DNA of 64,000 nt from Macrostomum hystrix (lineage: Eukaryota > Animalia > Platyhelminthes), in assembly GCA_950097015.1 (NCBI GenBank), contig CATNEN010000002.1:1984001-2048000 (forward strand), written 5' to 3'. Position numbers and translations under genes: made by a program. Under the pieces are notes generated by a model, which ran no database searches, was not told where the DNA came from, and saw only the letters and a list, made by a program, of their open reading frames with translations. Shown here piece after piece: positions 49,392-62,988 of the stretch. The stretch's first letter is position 1, and the number at the start of each line of letters is the position of its first letter.

Positions 49392-51070
49392 ATTTAGATA
49401 GAGCTGCTCAAATTTCAACAGATGGCATTGCATCAGCTAACTATAGACACACTGATGCAAATTTTTACCATGGCCATTTCACTAATCAAACCTATCAGGC
49501 AAAGCTCAACTACTTCATGATACTAAGTATTTCAACTAGGCCTAGTCAGTAATAGTTGGGGTCTCCTATTATGCTAGTCCAACCAGTTTTATATGTAAAC
49601 TAACTTAATAAGCATTCCTTTATTATTGCCTTGTGTCTGATCAGTTTTGAAATGAGCTTTGCTTTGTGAGTAAGCTGTTATCTAATGGAGCTCTGCCTTG
49701 TGACTGGTATTCTTTTTTGGTTTAAATTCATCCAATATCATACAAGCGCAACACCCGGCCAGTTGAAATGAAGGCCAAGCAAGGTAAGTCGCTAAAACCA
49801 ATCGACCAAGCACAAAAAATCAAAGGGGGGACCAAGGGACAAAAAAGGAAGGCGCAAAGAAAAGGAAAAAGGGGAGAGAAAAAGAGAGCAAATGAGAGCA
49901 AAAACTAAGTCGCACGGCCAGCTAAGATTTGGGAGGTTGCGCATGTATGATCCAATATTATAATAGAAGTTTTTTTTGGCTAAATCAATTATATTGTAGC
50001 TGACAGATTCATAAATGGAAAAATTCATGTATGGGAACGTTTGTTTTGTTTATTCAAATATTTTTTTCTTTTTGCACAGACCAAAGGTTTGACAGTTTAA
50101 AACTTATCTTACAGGGACTTTCACTACTGCATTGTCTGTGTTTGAATGCATGAATATTAATGTGCTAATTATTTACTTATTATTGTGAATGCCATCTTTT
50201 TTTGCTATTAAAATGCAAGCATGCTATATGCTAATGTACCTGTAGATGTCCTTGTTGAAAGCAAGGACCACTAGAAAAAGGACAGGACACTTTGTTTCTT
50301 GGAAAAATTATTAAAGGTTGATTTTCATGGAAAATGCACTTTTCATTTTCAGGTCCTAGCAAGATAGAACTTTTCAAATTTTTTCCTATTAAAATGTTGA
50401 TAACTTTTCTTTGCAACCAGATTTTGCTGTTCTTTTGACATAACTTGCAAAGCATGTTGCTTCAACGTAATTTAGAATGCTTCATTCATCAATCATTGAT
50501 CCACGTTTTTTTCGTTTATTTATCATGAAGCTACAGTAGCCAGTGAATAGCTATGTCGTGACTTACTCAATTTTACAGTCGTTTTCCAAGTATATGTGTA
50601 TAACGAGAATTATGTAGAATATTTATATAAATGAGTCTTTTCATTAAAAAATAAGTAGCCCAAGCTGTAGGCAAATTTTATGTCTGCTTGGTTGCTATTG
50701 TGCTTAGGATCTATATGATTCATGAATAAAGCTTTTTAAAATTCTTTGAGACAACATGTTTTTCAATATATATTTAGCATTGGATCTGCTACCAATAAAA
50801 GTTATCAACATTAGAGCAAAAAACATGAAGATTTACTATCTCGCTAGTGCATTTTCCGTAAAAATCAGTCTTTAATAATTTTTCCAAGAAACGAAGTGTC
50901 ACGTCCTTCAGTTGTCCTTGGTTGAAAGATGTAGATTGCCTTAAATTATTGTCTATGGCAGCAACTGTCCTTTCTAAAAACATACGAACTTCTATTTTAC
51001 AGCTTTGCAATCAAATATATATCCTTGATATATTCTAACATTTTTATCAAAAAGAGAAAAAAACAAAGAA

Positions 51071-51460
51071 ATGAAGAATTTATTAATTTGGTCTCTGGAC
51101 GCTGTCTCGGAACTGTACAGCTATGCAACTCTACCATTTTATTATGCTGCTAATCTGGCCCTACCAGCTTGTAGTACGCGCTGTACAGACTCCAGCAACA
51201 CTGGCAGCGATTGGATGCCAAAGGCAGTTAAAATAGATTATCCCGGTTCAGATGAGGATGGCAGTTATCCCGCAGTGTGGGCCAGTTCAAATGTTGTCGA
51301 CGCCGCTAAAAAGGCTGGCGACAAGTCTGTGGCAGACTGCTTGGCCACCAGACAGTATCCGGGGGTAGATAACTTGTCAGATCTGCTCCAGTTGGCTGCT
51401 AGAAGATTTCCTGACAGGCCATGCCTTGGCACCAGACAATTGCTGGCTGAAGAGGAGCAT
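51071..51460 (+). CDS. ACSL3/4: Long-chain acyl-CoA synthetase (ACSL3/4 type) exon 1
   Basis: Hydrophobic N-terminus (ELYSYATLPFYY) and RPCLGTRQLLAEEE, which matches ACSL3/4 LGTRExxxEE. Donor CAT|gtgagt. An upstream exon cannot be excluded. Confidence 0.82.
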
Positions 51461-52599
51461 GTGAGTCCACTTGAGCAATAATGACTGTCAAAGTAATAGT
51501 GCTAACTGTCTTTTAGCTTCTCAACTAACTCGAAAAATGCAATAAAGTAGTAAATTGTGAGTTATCTGATATAACACTAATTGGCACATCATTTCTTGAC
51601 AGTAGACTCTGCCAGCGAGGAGGCATTTCTGAACATTCCTCTGACTCCGGAGCACACACTCACACGCCTTCTGTCTACGTTGCCAAGAAACATCTAGAAC
51701 TCAAGTTACTAAAGAAGTAACGATTAGATACGTTACCGATCGTATCGTTAATTTGGAAAAGCGCTGCTTATAATTTCGGAATAACGAATAAAATAAAAAA
51801 GTAACAAATTCATTGTAAAGTAAGGAATAAATTGAAAATTAACCCATAAACTGTTTAATATATATAAAACGGACAATATGAAAGTAACGAACATAATGAA
51901 AAGTAACGAATCGTATAATTCTTTACGAATTATGAAAAGTAAGAAGTACTACGAGCGTATTAAATGTAACAAATAAAATGAAATGGTGCGAATTTACATT
52001 TAGTCGCTGTAGATTAAAGCGATACGTATAGAGACATTTTAGTAATTACCTATGTAACAAATACGTAGAAGCAATTTACTCATTCAGAAAGGCAGTTAGT
52101 TGGCTGACAGTGTCAGTTTATGCCTGTCCTAGCCACTGTAGTTGTTTGGACTGTGACTTTGTGACATGCGCAGTTGCACCTAAACAAATTCATTAGCTAT
52201 TCATCACGGTGCTAATAGAAGTTTCCTGCTGGTCTAAGATCAAAGTTCAAATTCTATGATCTGATTAACATAGCTTGCTACATTTCTATTTATTCAGAAG
52301 CAGTTTAGTTTATGAATTCCTTAATGCCTTTATGTACCTTTTAGGTCATTTTTAGCTTTCACTTAAGATCTTTATACAGTACTTAGTCTTCATAGTGTTT
52401 TTTGAATATTATAGAAAAACTGTTGTGAATTGTTAATAAGGCAATCGGTTAGTACCAAAGTCTAGCTGTTATATTTATCATCTGGTCATTGATCTCCGCT
52501 GTGCCTGTAGAACTTTCTGGTCACGAAGCCTTCGAATAGTAATGGTCATAGAGAGTCTTCAACTAGTCATGCAACTACTGCACTGTTTTTACACCTTAT

Positions 52600-52790
52600 G
52601 CTTATCATAATACTCTTCCACTGGTCATAATACTCTCTTACTAGTCATAATACTCTATTACTAGTCATGATTCTCTTCTACCTGTCATATTACTCTACTA
52701 CTGGTCATAATACTCTTCCACTGGTCATAATACTCTTCTACTGGTCATAATACTCTTCTACTGGTCATAATACTCTTCTACTGGTCATGG
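52600..52790. repeat. 20-bp minisatellite (TCATAATACTCTTCTACTGG), about 9 units, ACSL intron 1
   Basis: Read directly. Confidence 0.85.
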
Positions 52791-52857
52791 AAAGTTCTTG
52801 TCATAAAAAGCTGACACAGAAAGCTGCAAATCTTTTTTTGAATTTAACTGCTCCTAG

Positions 52858-53238
52858 GCGCAACAGAACGGCCGCATATTCAAGAAGCAGTCCCTGGGCC
52901 CCTACAGCTGGCTCACCTACAGCGATGTTGCTCGCCTGGTTAGCCGCGTATCGCGCGGTCTGCGCTCTCTGGGCCTCCGGGCCGGAGATCGAGTGGCTCT
53001 GTACGCTGAGACCAGGGCCGATTGGCAGATCTGCGCCCAGGCCTGTTTTAGATGCGGCTTGCCAGCTGTGACTCTCTATGCTAGCCTAGGCGAGGACGCT
53101 CTAGCTTTCGGCGTCGACCAATCAGAGGCGTCCGTTCTGGTGACGTCATTGGCGCTGCTAGATCGGGTGAGGCCTCTATTGGCCAGGATGCCCAGAATTC
53201 GATACATTGTCTACATGGACAGCGGAGTAGGGGACGAT
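52858..53238 (+). CDS. ACSL3/4: ACSL exon 2
   Basis: ctcctag|GCG CAA CAG AAC GGC CGC ATA TTC AAG AAG gives QQNGRIFKKQSLGPYSWLTY...ALYAETRADWQICAQACF...VTLYASLGEDAL. Donor GAT|gtgagt. Confidence 0.92.
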
Positions 53239-53329
53239 GTGAGTCCTTGAGTTAATTGCCTTGTACGCGGCCGTTGAGTACAGTCTCATCTCAAATCTCC
53301 CCGCTGAACCCGCTCAAAATCACTTTTAG

Positions 53330-53758
<429 letters not shown>

Positions 53759-53792
53759 TAAAATTTCGGTCGAAGCTATGGCGCCTAAACTT

Positions 53793-55480
53793 GTCCTAGC
53801 GGCTAGATCAAAGCTACAACCCCTACCCTGTCCTAGCGGCAAGATCAAAGCTACAACCCCTACCCTGTCCTAGCGACAAGATCAAAGCTACAACCCCTAC
53901 CCTGTCCTAGCGGCAAGATCAAAGCTACAACCCCTACCCTGTCCTAGCGGCTAGATCAAAGCTACAACCCCTACCCTGTCCTAGCGGCAAGATCAAAGCT
54001 ACAACCCTACCCTGTCCTAGCGACAAGATCAAAGCTACAACCCCTACCCTGTCCTAGCGGCAAGATCAAAGCTACAACCCCTACCCTGTCCTAGCGGCAA
54101 GATCAAAGCTACAACCCCTACCCTGTCCTAGCGGCAAGATCAAAGCTACAACCCCTACCCTGTCCTAGCGACAAGATCAAAGCTACAACCCCTACCCTGT
54201 CCTAGCGGCAGGATCAAAGCTACAACCCCTACCCTGTCCTAGCGGCTAGATCAAAGCTACAACCCCTACCCTGTCCTAGCGGCAAGATCAAAGCTACAAC
54301 CCTACCCTGTCCTAGCGACAAGATCAAAGCTACAACCCCTACCCTGTCCTAGCGGCAAGATCAAAGCTACAACCCCTACCCTGTCCTAGCGGCAAGATCA
54401 AAGCTACAACCCCTACCCTGTCCTAGCGGCTAGATCAAAGCTACAACCCCTACCCTGTCCTAGCGGCAAGATCAAAGCTACAACCCTACCCTGTCCTAGC
54501 GACAAGATCAAAGCTACAACCCCTACCCTGTCCTAGCGGCAAGATCAAAGCTACAACCCCTACCCTGTCCTAGCGGCTAGATCAAAGCTACAACCCTACC
54601 CTGTCCTAGCGACAAAATCAAAGCTACAACCCCTACCCTGTCCTAGCGGCAAGATCAAAGCTACAACCCCTACCCTGTACTAGCGGCAAGATCAAAGCTA
54701 CAACCCCTACCCTGTCCTAGCGGCAAGATCAAAGCTACAACCCTACCCTGTCCTAGCGACAAGATCAAAGCTACAACCCCTACCCTGTCCTAGCGGCAAG
54801 ATCAAAGCTACAACCCCTACCCTGTCCTAGCGGCTAGATCAAAGCTACAACCCCTACCCTGTCCTAGCGACAAGATCAAAGCTACAACCCTACCCTGTCC
54901 TAGCGACAAGATCAAAGCTACAACCCCTACCCTGTCCTAGCGGCAAGATCAAAGCTACAACCCCTACCCTGTCCTAGCGACAAGATCAAAGCTAGAAACC
55001 CTACCCTGTCCTAGCGGCTAGATCAAAGCTACAACACTACCCTGTCCTAGCGACAAGATCAAAGCTACAACCCCTACCCTGTCCTAGCGGCTAGATCAAA
55101 GCTACAACCCTTACCCTGTCCTAGCGACAAGATCAAAGCTACAACCCCTACCCTGTCCTAGCGGCAAGATCAAAGCTACAACCCCTACCCTGTCCTAGCG
55201 GCTAGATCAAAGCTACAACCCTACCCTGTCCTAGCGACAAGATCAAAGCTACAACCCCTACCCTGTCCTAGCGGCAAGATCAAAGCTACAACCCCTACCC
55301 TGTCCTAGCGACAAGATTAAAGCTAGAAACCCTACCCTGTCCTAGCGGCAAGATCAAAGCTACAACCCTACCCTGTCCTAGCGACAAGATCAAAGCTACA
55401 ACCCCTACCCTGTCCTAGCGGCTAGATCAAAGCTACAACCCTTACCCTGTCCTAGCGCCAAGATCAAAGCTAAAACCCGT
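53793..55480. repeat. 37/36-bp satellite (CTAGCGGCAAGATCAAAGCTACAACCCCTACCCTGTC), about 45 units, ACSL intron 3
   Basis: Read directly. It fills all but about 110 bp of the intron. Confidence 0.95.
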
Positions 55481-55535
55481 AGCTACATAGTTTTATGGTG
55501 CAATTATCGCCCCCTCCCCACCGCCACCGTCGCAG

Positions 55536-55754
55536 GTGAAGCCAGGCACGCCCGGTGACGCCTCGGCTTTGAGGCCAAGTTTGCTGGCCGCTGTGCCAGC
55601 CGTGCTGGACCGGGCTTCGCGAGCTGTTCGCGATCGGGCCGAGTCGCGTGGCGCATTGGCCAAAGCCCTGCTCATCTGGGCCATGGCCTACAAGATGCGC
55701 TGGGGACTGCGTGGTTGGTCCACGCCCCTTCTGGACTACCTGGTGTTTAGTAAG
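55536..55754 (+). CDS. ACSL3/4: ACSL exon 4
   Basis: gtcgcag|GTG gives VKPGTPGDASALRPSLLAAVPAVLDR...LLDYLVFSK. Donor AAG|gtgcgg. Confidence 0.92.
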
Positions 55755-55785
55755 GTGCGGCGAACTTTTTCAATAATGTACTATA

Positions 55786-56470
55786 GTTACAGTATCCCAT
55801 AGTTACAGTATCCCATAGTTACGTATCCCATAGTTACAGTATCCCATAGTTACATTATCCCATAGTTACAGTATCCCATAGTTACAGTATCCCATAGTTA
55901 CAGTATCTCATAGTTACAGTATCCCATAGTTACATTATCCCATAGTTACAGTATCCCATAGTTACAGTATCCCATAGTTACAGTATCCCATAGTTACAGT
56001 ATCCCATAGTTACAGTATCCCATAGTTACAGTATCTCATAGTTACAGTATCACATAGTTACAGTATCCCATAGTTACATTATCCCATAGTTACAGTACCC
56101 CAAAGTTACAGTATCCCATAGTTACAGTATCACATAGTTACAGTATCCCATAGTTACAGTATCCCATAGTTACAGTATCTCATAGTTACAGTATCACATA
56201 GTTACAGTATCCCATAGTTACATTATCCCATAGTTACAGTACCCCAAAGTTACAGTATCCCATAGTTACAGTATCACATAGTTACAGTATCCCATAGTTA
56301 CATTATCCCATAGTTACAGTATCCCATAGTTACAGTATCACATAGTTACAGTATCCCATAGTTACAGTATCCCATAGTTACAGTATCCCATAGTTACAGT
56401 ATCCCATAGTTACATTATCCCATAGTTACAGTATCCCATAGTTACAGTATCCCATAGTTACAGTATCCCA
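55786..56470. repeat. 16-bp minisatellite (CATAGTTACAGTATCC), about 43 units, ACSL intron 4
   Basis: Read directly. It starts about 30 bp after the donor. Confidence 0.95.
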
Positions 56471-56619
56471 TAACTCTACGACTCCCATAGTTAAAATATC
56501 TCAGGTTGCATTAAAATTATAACACCCTTTAAAACTTTAGAGAATTTACCACATTTCTTAGTTAGAGCATCCAATATTTTCGATATCCGTATAGCTCCTA
56601 TATCTAAAATACAGATCCC

Positions 56620-57470
56620 TTTGTCCCTAAATCCCAATCCGGATTCCATTATTCTTAAATCCCTATTCGGATACCATTATCTCTAAATCCTCATCCGAAT
56701 TCCATTGTCTATAAATTATAATCCGGATCCCATCGTCCCTAAATCACAATCCGGATCCCATTGTCCCTGAATCCCAATCTGGATCCCATTGTCCCTGAAT
56801 CCCAATCCGGATCCCATTGTCCCTAAATCCCAATCCGGATACCATTGCCCCTAAATTCCAATCCGGATCCCATTGTCCCTGAATCCCAATTCGGATCCCA
56901 TTGTCCCTAAATCCCAATCCGGATCTCATTGCCCCTAAATTCCAATTCGGATTCCATTGTCCCTTAATCCCAATTCGGATCCCATTGTCCCTAAATCCCA
57001 ATCCGGATCTCATTGCCCCTAAATCCCAATTCGGATCCCATTGTCCCTAAATCTTAATTCGGATCCCATTGTCCCTAAATCCAAATTCGGATCCCATTGT
57101 CCCTAAATCCAAATTCGGATCCCATTGTCCCTAAATCCAAATTCGGATCCCATTGTCCCTAAATCCAAATTCGGATCCCATTGTCCCTCAATCCAAATTC
57201 GGATCCCATTGTCCCTAAATCCAAATTCGGATCCCATTGTCCCTAAATCCAAATTCGGATCCCATTGTCCCTAAATCCAAATTCGGATCCCATTGTCCCT
57301 AAATCCAAATTCGGATCCCATTGTCCCTCAATCCAAATTCGGATCCCATTGTCCCTAAATCCAAATTCGGATCCCATTGTCCCTAAATCCAAATTCGGAT
57401 CCCATTGTCCCTAAATCCCAATCCGGATCCCATTGTCCCTCAATCCCCATCCGGATCCCATTGTCCTTAA
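56620..57470. repeat. 28-bp minisatellite (CCTAAATCCAAATTCGGATCCCATTGTC), about 30 units, ACSL intron 4
   Basis: Read directly. It is degenerate at the 5' end and homogeneous at about 57050-57400. Confidence 0.95.
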
Positions 57471-57526
57471 ATACTAATCGCTCAGTTGGCATTAGGCAAG
57501 CCGGCTCCCACCCTCACCGCATCCAG

Positions 57527-58009
57527 ATCAGCGCCATCTTGGGAGGCCGACTCCGGCTTCTCCTGAGCGGCGGCGCGCCCCTCTCCACTGATACGCACTC
57601 ATTCGCGATGGCAGCCTTCGGCGCTTCGGTTGTGCAAGGCTTCGGCCTAACCGAAACATCCGGAGCCGGCAGTATTCAGTGCAGCAGCCCGGCATCCAGC
57701 TCCTCCGCAGCCATGGCCACCGTGCCGTTGAGCTCCGCTGGCCCGCCGCTCGACTGCTGCCTGCTGCGCCTGAGGGACTGGCCGGAGGGCGGTTATTTGA
57801 AGTCCGACAAGCCCTGGCCCAGAGGCGAACTGCTCATCGGCGGTCCCTGCGTCACGGCTGGTTATTTTCGAATGCCGGAGCTCACCAGGCAGGATTATTG
57901 GACTGATGACAGCGGCATGCGATGGTTCTGCACTGGCGACATCGGCCAGATGGACGGCGATAAAGGCCTACAGATTGTGGACAGAAAGAAGGACCTGGTC
58001 AAACTGCAG
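57527..58009 (+). CDS. ACSL3/4: ACSL exon 5
   Basis: catccag|ATC gives ISAILGGRLRLLLSGGAPLS...VQGFGLTET...LRLRDWPEGGY...PRGELLIGGPCVTAGYF...WFCTGDIG...IVDRKKDLVKLQ. Donor CAG|gtgcgc. Confidence 0.95.
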
Positions 58010-58029
58010 GTGCGCTGCTGTGCGGCTGG

Positions 58030-58665
58030 AAGCTGTACAGAATAGGCTAGTAGGAATCTGTACAGAATTGGGCAGTAGGAATCTGTACAGAATAGGCTAG
58101 TAGGAATCTGTACAGAATAGGCTAGTAGGAATCTGTACAGAATTGGGCAGTAGGAATCTGTACAGAATTGGGCAGTAGGAATCTTTACAGAATTGGGCAG
58201 TAGGAATCTGTACAGAATAGGCTAGTAGGAATCTGTACAGAATTGGGCAGTAGGAATCTGTACAGAATAGGCTAGTAGGAATCTGTACAGAATAGGCTAG
58301 TAGAAATCTGTACAGAATTGGGCAGTAGGAATCTGTACAGAATTGGGCAGTAGGAATCTTTACAGAATTGGGCAGTAGGAATCTATACAGAATAGGCTAG
58401 TAGGAATCTGTACAGAATAGGCTAGTAGGAATCTGTACAGAATTGGGCAGTAGGAATCTGTACAGAATTGGGCAGTAGGAATCTTTACAGAATTGGGCAG
58501 TAGGAATCTGTACAGAATAGGCTAGTAGGAATCTGTACAGAATTGGGCAGTAGGAATCTGTACAGAATTGGGCAGTAGGAATCTGTACAGAATTGGGCAG
58601 TAGGAATCTGTACAGAATTGGGCAGTAGGAATCTGTACAGAATTGGGCAGTAGGAATCTACAGAA
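58030..58665. repeat. 25-bp minisatellite with two interleaved variants (GTAGGAATCTGTACAGAAT-TGGGCA / -AGGCTA), about 25 units, ACSL intron 5
   Basis: Read directly. It starts about 20 bp after the donor. Confidence 0.95.
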
Positions 58666-58904
58666 TGGGTGCTGTAGGGAGCTGTACATAATAATATAGT
58701 AGGAATCCGTACAGTATATTAAAGTGGCAGGTAGCTGTACAGAATAAGACGGAGATGAGGCCATATGTTTCTATAAAAGCTGGACTTAGATCGGCAGGTT
58801 TTGAGGATTGAGTCACGCAGTGAGCAGGCGAGCTAGTGGTGTTGTTTCTTGGAAACCGTTCGCTGCCAATAGAGTTCGATTTTCTGAAATTTCTGAAATC
58901 CTAG

Positions 58905-59336
58905 GGCGGCGAGTACATCTCACTAGGCAAGGTTGAGCTGGCCATGTCCTCCTCTCCGCTGGTTGAGCAGCTGTGCGCCTTTGCCGACAGTCACCGCGAT
59001 TTTGTCGTACTGCTAGTGGTGCCGAAGCAATCCAAACTGTACGAGTTGGCCGTCAGTCTCGGTCTCATTGCCAACGAAGCCAATGGCGACTGTCTTCACG
59101 CTGTTAACGATTCGCTGCTAAATGACAAACGATTGAAGGCTGCTGTCCTCAAAGAGCTGACGGCAACAGCCAGGGGTCGTCTGGAACGGTTTGAGCTGCC
59201 CGACCGACTGCACCTGTGCTCGGAGACTGCGTGGCTACCGGAGTCCGGTCTCGTCACTGACTCGTTTAAACTGCGCCGTCGGCAGCTGCTAGATTATTAC
59301 AGGAAAGAGATTGATGCGATGTACCAGGAGAACTGA
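58905..59336 (+). CDS. ACSL3/4: ACSL exon 6 (terminal)
   Basis: tcctag|GGC GGC GAG TAC ATC TCA CTA GGC AAG GTT GAG gives GEYISLGKVE...WLPESGLVTDSFKLRRRQL...IDAMY, ending in TGA. Confidence 0.95.
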   Translation, partial: GGEYISLGKVELAMSSSPLVEQLCAFADSHRDFVVLLVVPKQSKLYELAVSLGLIANEANGDCLHAVNDSLLNDKRLKAAVLKELTATARGRLERFELPDRLHLCSETAWLPESGLVTDSFKLRRRQLLDYYRKEIDAMYQEN

Positions 59337-59377
59337 TTAACTGCAAGGGATTAGTGACTACAAGACAAATTTACTAG

Positions 59378-59592
59378 ACCGACTAGCCCGTGAGTGATTA
59401 TCCCTACTACAATGGATTGCTAGACTAGCCCGTGAGTGATTATCCCTACTACAATGGATTGCTAGACTAGCCCGTGAGTGATTATCCCTACTACAATGGA
59501 TTGCTAGACTAGCCCGTGAGTGATTATCCCTACTACAATGGATTGCTAGACTAGCCCGTGAGTGATTATCCCTACAACGGATTGCTAGACTA
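59378..59592. repeat. 42-bp tandem repeat (GACTAGCCCGTGAGTGATTATCCCTACTACAATGGATTGCTA), about 5 units, in the presumed ACSL 3' UTR
   Basis: Read directly. Confidence 0.88.
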
Positions 59593-60081
59593 CTCTATAC
59601 ACCATATTCCATTTTGCGTATGTCTGAAATCTTGTTTGCCTTGATGCAGCTCCGGGCTTGTGCCTTTTTGTTTTAACAAATCTCATTTTATTAACTCGCT
59701 CTAGCGTAGCGTATGTCATCTATTGAAGTGCAATGTTTCTGTTCGATTTTATGGCATTGTGGATTTTTACTTGTGAGTAACAGTAGGTACATATGCCTTT
59801 GTTTTGATAATTAAAAGTGCAATAGCCGGCCCAAGTGCTTCTGCGCCTTGTGCGGTAATTTCTAGCTCTCTTATTTCATTTATTTTTTGTAAATCTCTTT
59901 ATTATCGTGAATGAATTTTTTAGTAGGAGAGTTCCGGTAGGTCAGACTTTACTTTACCACTTAGTCGGTCCGCGTTTCTGCTCGCTTTTAATAACGGATC
60001 TTATTGTGCTGAATTTTGTTCTTTGCCTACTGAGTTTTTTGTGTTTATTGCACCTGCACTTTATCTAGTTTAACAGATCCT

Positions 60082-61008
60082 GAGAATGAAGGGAAACAGG
60101 GGTGAGAGTGAAGGGAAACAGGGTTGAGAGTGAAGGGAAACAGGGTTGAGAGTGAAGGGAAACAGGGTTGAGAGTGAAGGGTAACAGGGGGTGAGAGTGA
60201 AGGGAAACAGGGTGAGAGTGAAGGGTAACAGGGGGTGAGAGTGAAGGGTAACAGGGTTGAGAGTGAAGGGTAACAGGGTTGAGAATGAAGGGAAACAGGG
60301 TTGAGAGTGAAGGGTAACAGGGGTGAGAGTGAAGGGTAACAGGGTTGAGAGTGAAGGGTAACAGGGTTGAGAATGAAGGGAAACAGGGTTGAGAGTGAAG
60401 GGTAACAGGGGTGAGAGTGAAGGGAAACAGGGTTGAGAGTGAAGGGAAACAGGGGTGAGAGTGAAGGGAAACAGGGTTGAGAGTGAAGGGAAACAGGGTT
60501 AAGAGTGAAGGGAAACGGGGTTTAGAGTGAAGGGTAACAGGGGTGAGAGTGAAGGGAAACAGGGGTGAGAGTGAAGGGTAACAGGGTTGAGAATGAAGGG
60601 AAACAGGGTTGAGAGTGAAGGGTAACAGGGGTGAGAGTGAAGGGAAACAGGGTTGAGAGTGAAGGGAAACAGGGTTGAGAGTGAAGGGTAACAGGGTTGA
60701 GAGTGAAGGGTAACAGGGTTGAGAGTGAAGGGTAACAGGGTTGAGAGTGAAGGGAAACAGGGTTGAGAGTGAAGGGTAACAGGGTTGAGAATGAAGGGAA
60801 ACAGGGTTGAGAGTGAAGGGTAACAGGGGTGAGAGTGAAGGGAAACAGGGTTGAGAGTGAAGGGAAACAGGGGTGAGAGTGAAGGGAAACAGGGTTGAGA
60901 GTGAAGGGAAACAGGGTTAAGAGTGAAGGGAAACGGGGTTGAGAGTGAAGGGTAACAGGGGTGAGAGTGAAGGGAAACAGGGTTGAGAGTGAAGGGAAAC
61001 AGGGGTGA
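60082..61008. repeat. Purine-rich 22-bp minisatellite (GAGAGTGAAGGGAAACAGGGTT), about 42 units
   Basis: Read directly. Confidence 0.95.
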
Positions 61009-62988
61009 CAACGAAAAATGAGTTGAAGCAGTGCTTCGTCCCAATCTATACGAGTGTACTAGTTGAGCTACTTGCAGGCGCATTAATTATTTAAGTAGTC
61101 AACTTCCTGTTACTTTCTGTATTTAGGTCACGTCAAATTTCTAGTAGCTTTGCCAACTCTTGTAATTTGAGGTGCTGCAAAATCTTTGTGTTTTTATATC
61201 AAACCACAGAAGAACTGTTCCAGGTGAAATAGAGAATTAATAATCGGAAAGCATACAACATTTTTTTATATGCGGTTTTTTATTTCACGAAACATAATTA
61301 TTTTCGATTTTTTAACTGATTTTGGAAAGTGCAATTACAAACTTGAAGCCAATAGAGGAGCGATGTACGAGTATTATAGCGCTTCAGGTTTTGTTCTCGG
61401 ATTTCGATGTTTCCTAAATGTAGCCAAGCGGTGTGTTGCAGTCTATTGTCTTGAAGGCTATAACTCCTAGCGACTATCGCTCTCAGTATCTCGCCTGACT
61501 GATGTAGGCTCTCCCGGATTCGTATCTCGGGATCCAATGAAGATAGAACTCAAACGCCGTAAGTTGTTTTAAATTGCTAACTTAACAGAGCTCAGAGATG
61601 ACTCTCTAACTAAAATCAGCGACGGTCCATTTTCCCGAGCTCCGCTTCGACTTATATATTGATCGAAAATCCCTCCCTTGGGGAGGTGGTAAAACTTTAT
61701 CAACAGAGCGTTTAGTGATAATGAGTCGAGTAGGGTCGCAGCCCCGAGTTTTAACAGCGCGAAGCATTAGGCTATTTGGTTGGCAGGCACGCCAACCCCT
61801 GTCCTACGGAGGGTGGGTCAAAGCCTAAACGCGTTGGTTGAGTTAGGAAAAGCTCCCGTTTCTATGGAGTCCCCTTTGTCTAGTGTTTGTTGTTGCGGTC
61901 CCTCCGTCAATCACAAGGTCTTCTTGTGCAGTCCCGGTCTTCTCCAGGTTTCTTCTCCAGATAGGGCCCAGGCTGGCTCCGATGTTGCCAGCAGGGCCGA
62001 GCCGGGTCGTGTCAGGCCGTGCCCGGTCAGGTAAGTTCAGGCCGGTCCAGGTCGCGTTGGACCGAAGTCGGGCAGGATCAGGTCAGATTAGGCCGGGCCG
62101 TGTCGTGTCGGGCCGTACCAGGTCCAGTTTGGGCCGTGCTGTGTTGCGCTGAAATGAAAGTGAAAACTCGGGGTGAGTGTTTATCTAATCTGTCTATTCT
62201 TAGTTGCTTGACCTCTGGGCGAAAGTTTTCTCTCGAGTTCTTTTCAGATTTCTAAGTCTTATAAGTATGTTTCGAGACCACAGATGGGTAAACTGGTTTT
62301 TAAATAGTGTGCAACACTCAATTATCATAAATGAGATAATCCAATTGCCCCAGGATGAGATAATCACATTATCACAGCATAAGAGAATCTTATTGTTACT
62401 GCATTAGATGATCCCATTGTTACTTCATGTAATAATCCCATTATCACAGCATGTGATAATTACATTGTCACAGCCCTTATTGGCTTGTGCCAAGAGTCTA
62501 AGTTGGTAAAAGCAGGCATTATCAATCATTTTCTTTGAGGTTACATTGTATTCTTATATAAATTAAAAAAATTAGTTAAATAAGTTTATAAAAAGAGTGT
62601 CATAAAATTATAGGAGTCGCAAATATATTCACTAGGAATGAAACAGAAAATATTTTCCCGCATTAAAACATGGGCGTCATATTTTTCATTTAATTAAACG
62701 ATGGACGGCCCAGCAGCTATAAGCGAAAGGTGCACACTCGTATTAACTAACTGCTGCCGCCGTGAAAGACCTTATTTGAGTCAAAATTTACGCCTAAAAT
62801 GAACTTGGAAGCAATTATAAAGAAATCGGCACTCGAAAAGATCGGAATGTTTGTTGTAAAACAAAGTCAAGTTACTATGTTCTTACGAAGATAGTTCTAC
62901 TATGTACTACTGAATAGAAAACAGGTGATATAAAGTCATTTCACTGCAACATATTTCAACCGCAATCAATGAAACTTTAGGAATTGTT

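Noticed and set aside
53793-58665. Regular 25-37-bp repeats as possible CRISPR arrays
   Set aside because: The units are head-to-tail with no unique spacers, there are no cas genes, and the context is eukaryotic introns.
61980-62150. Degenerate GGCCG/GGTCG/TGTCG pentamer run
   Set aside because: It is low-complexity, possibly a TE sub-terminal region, but no termini or second copy were found.
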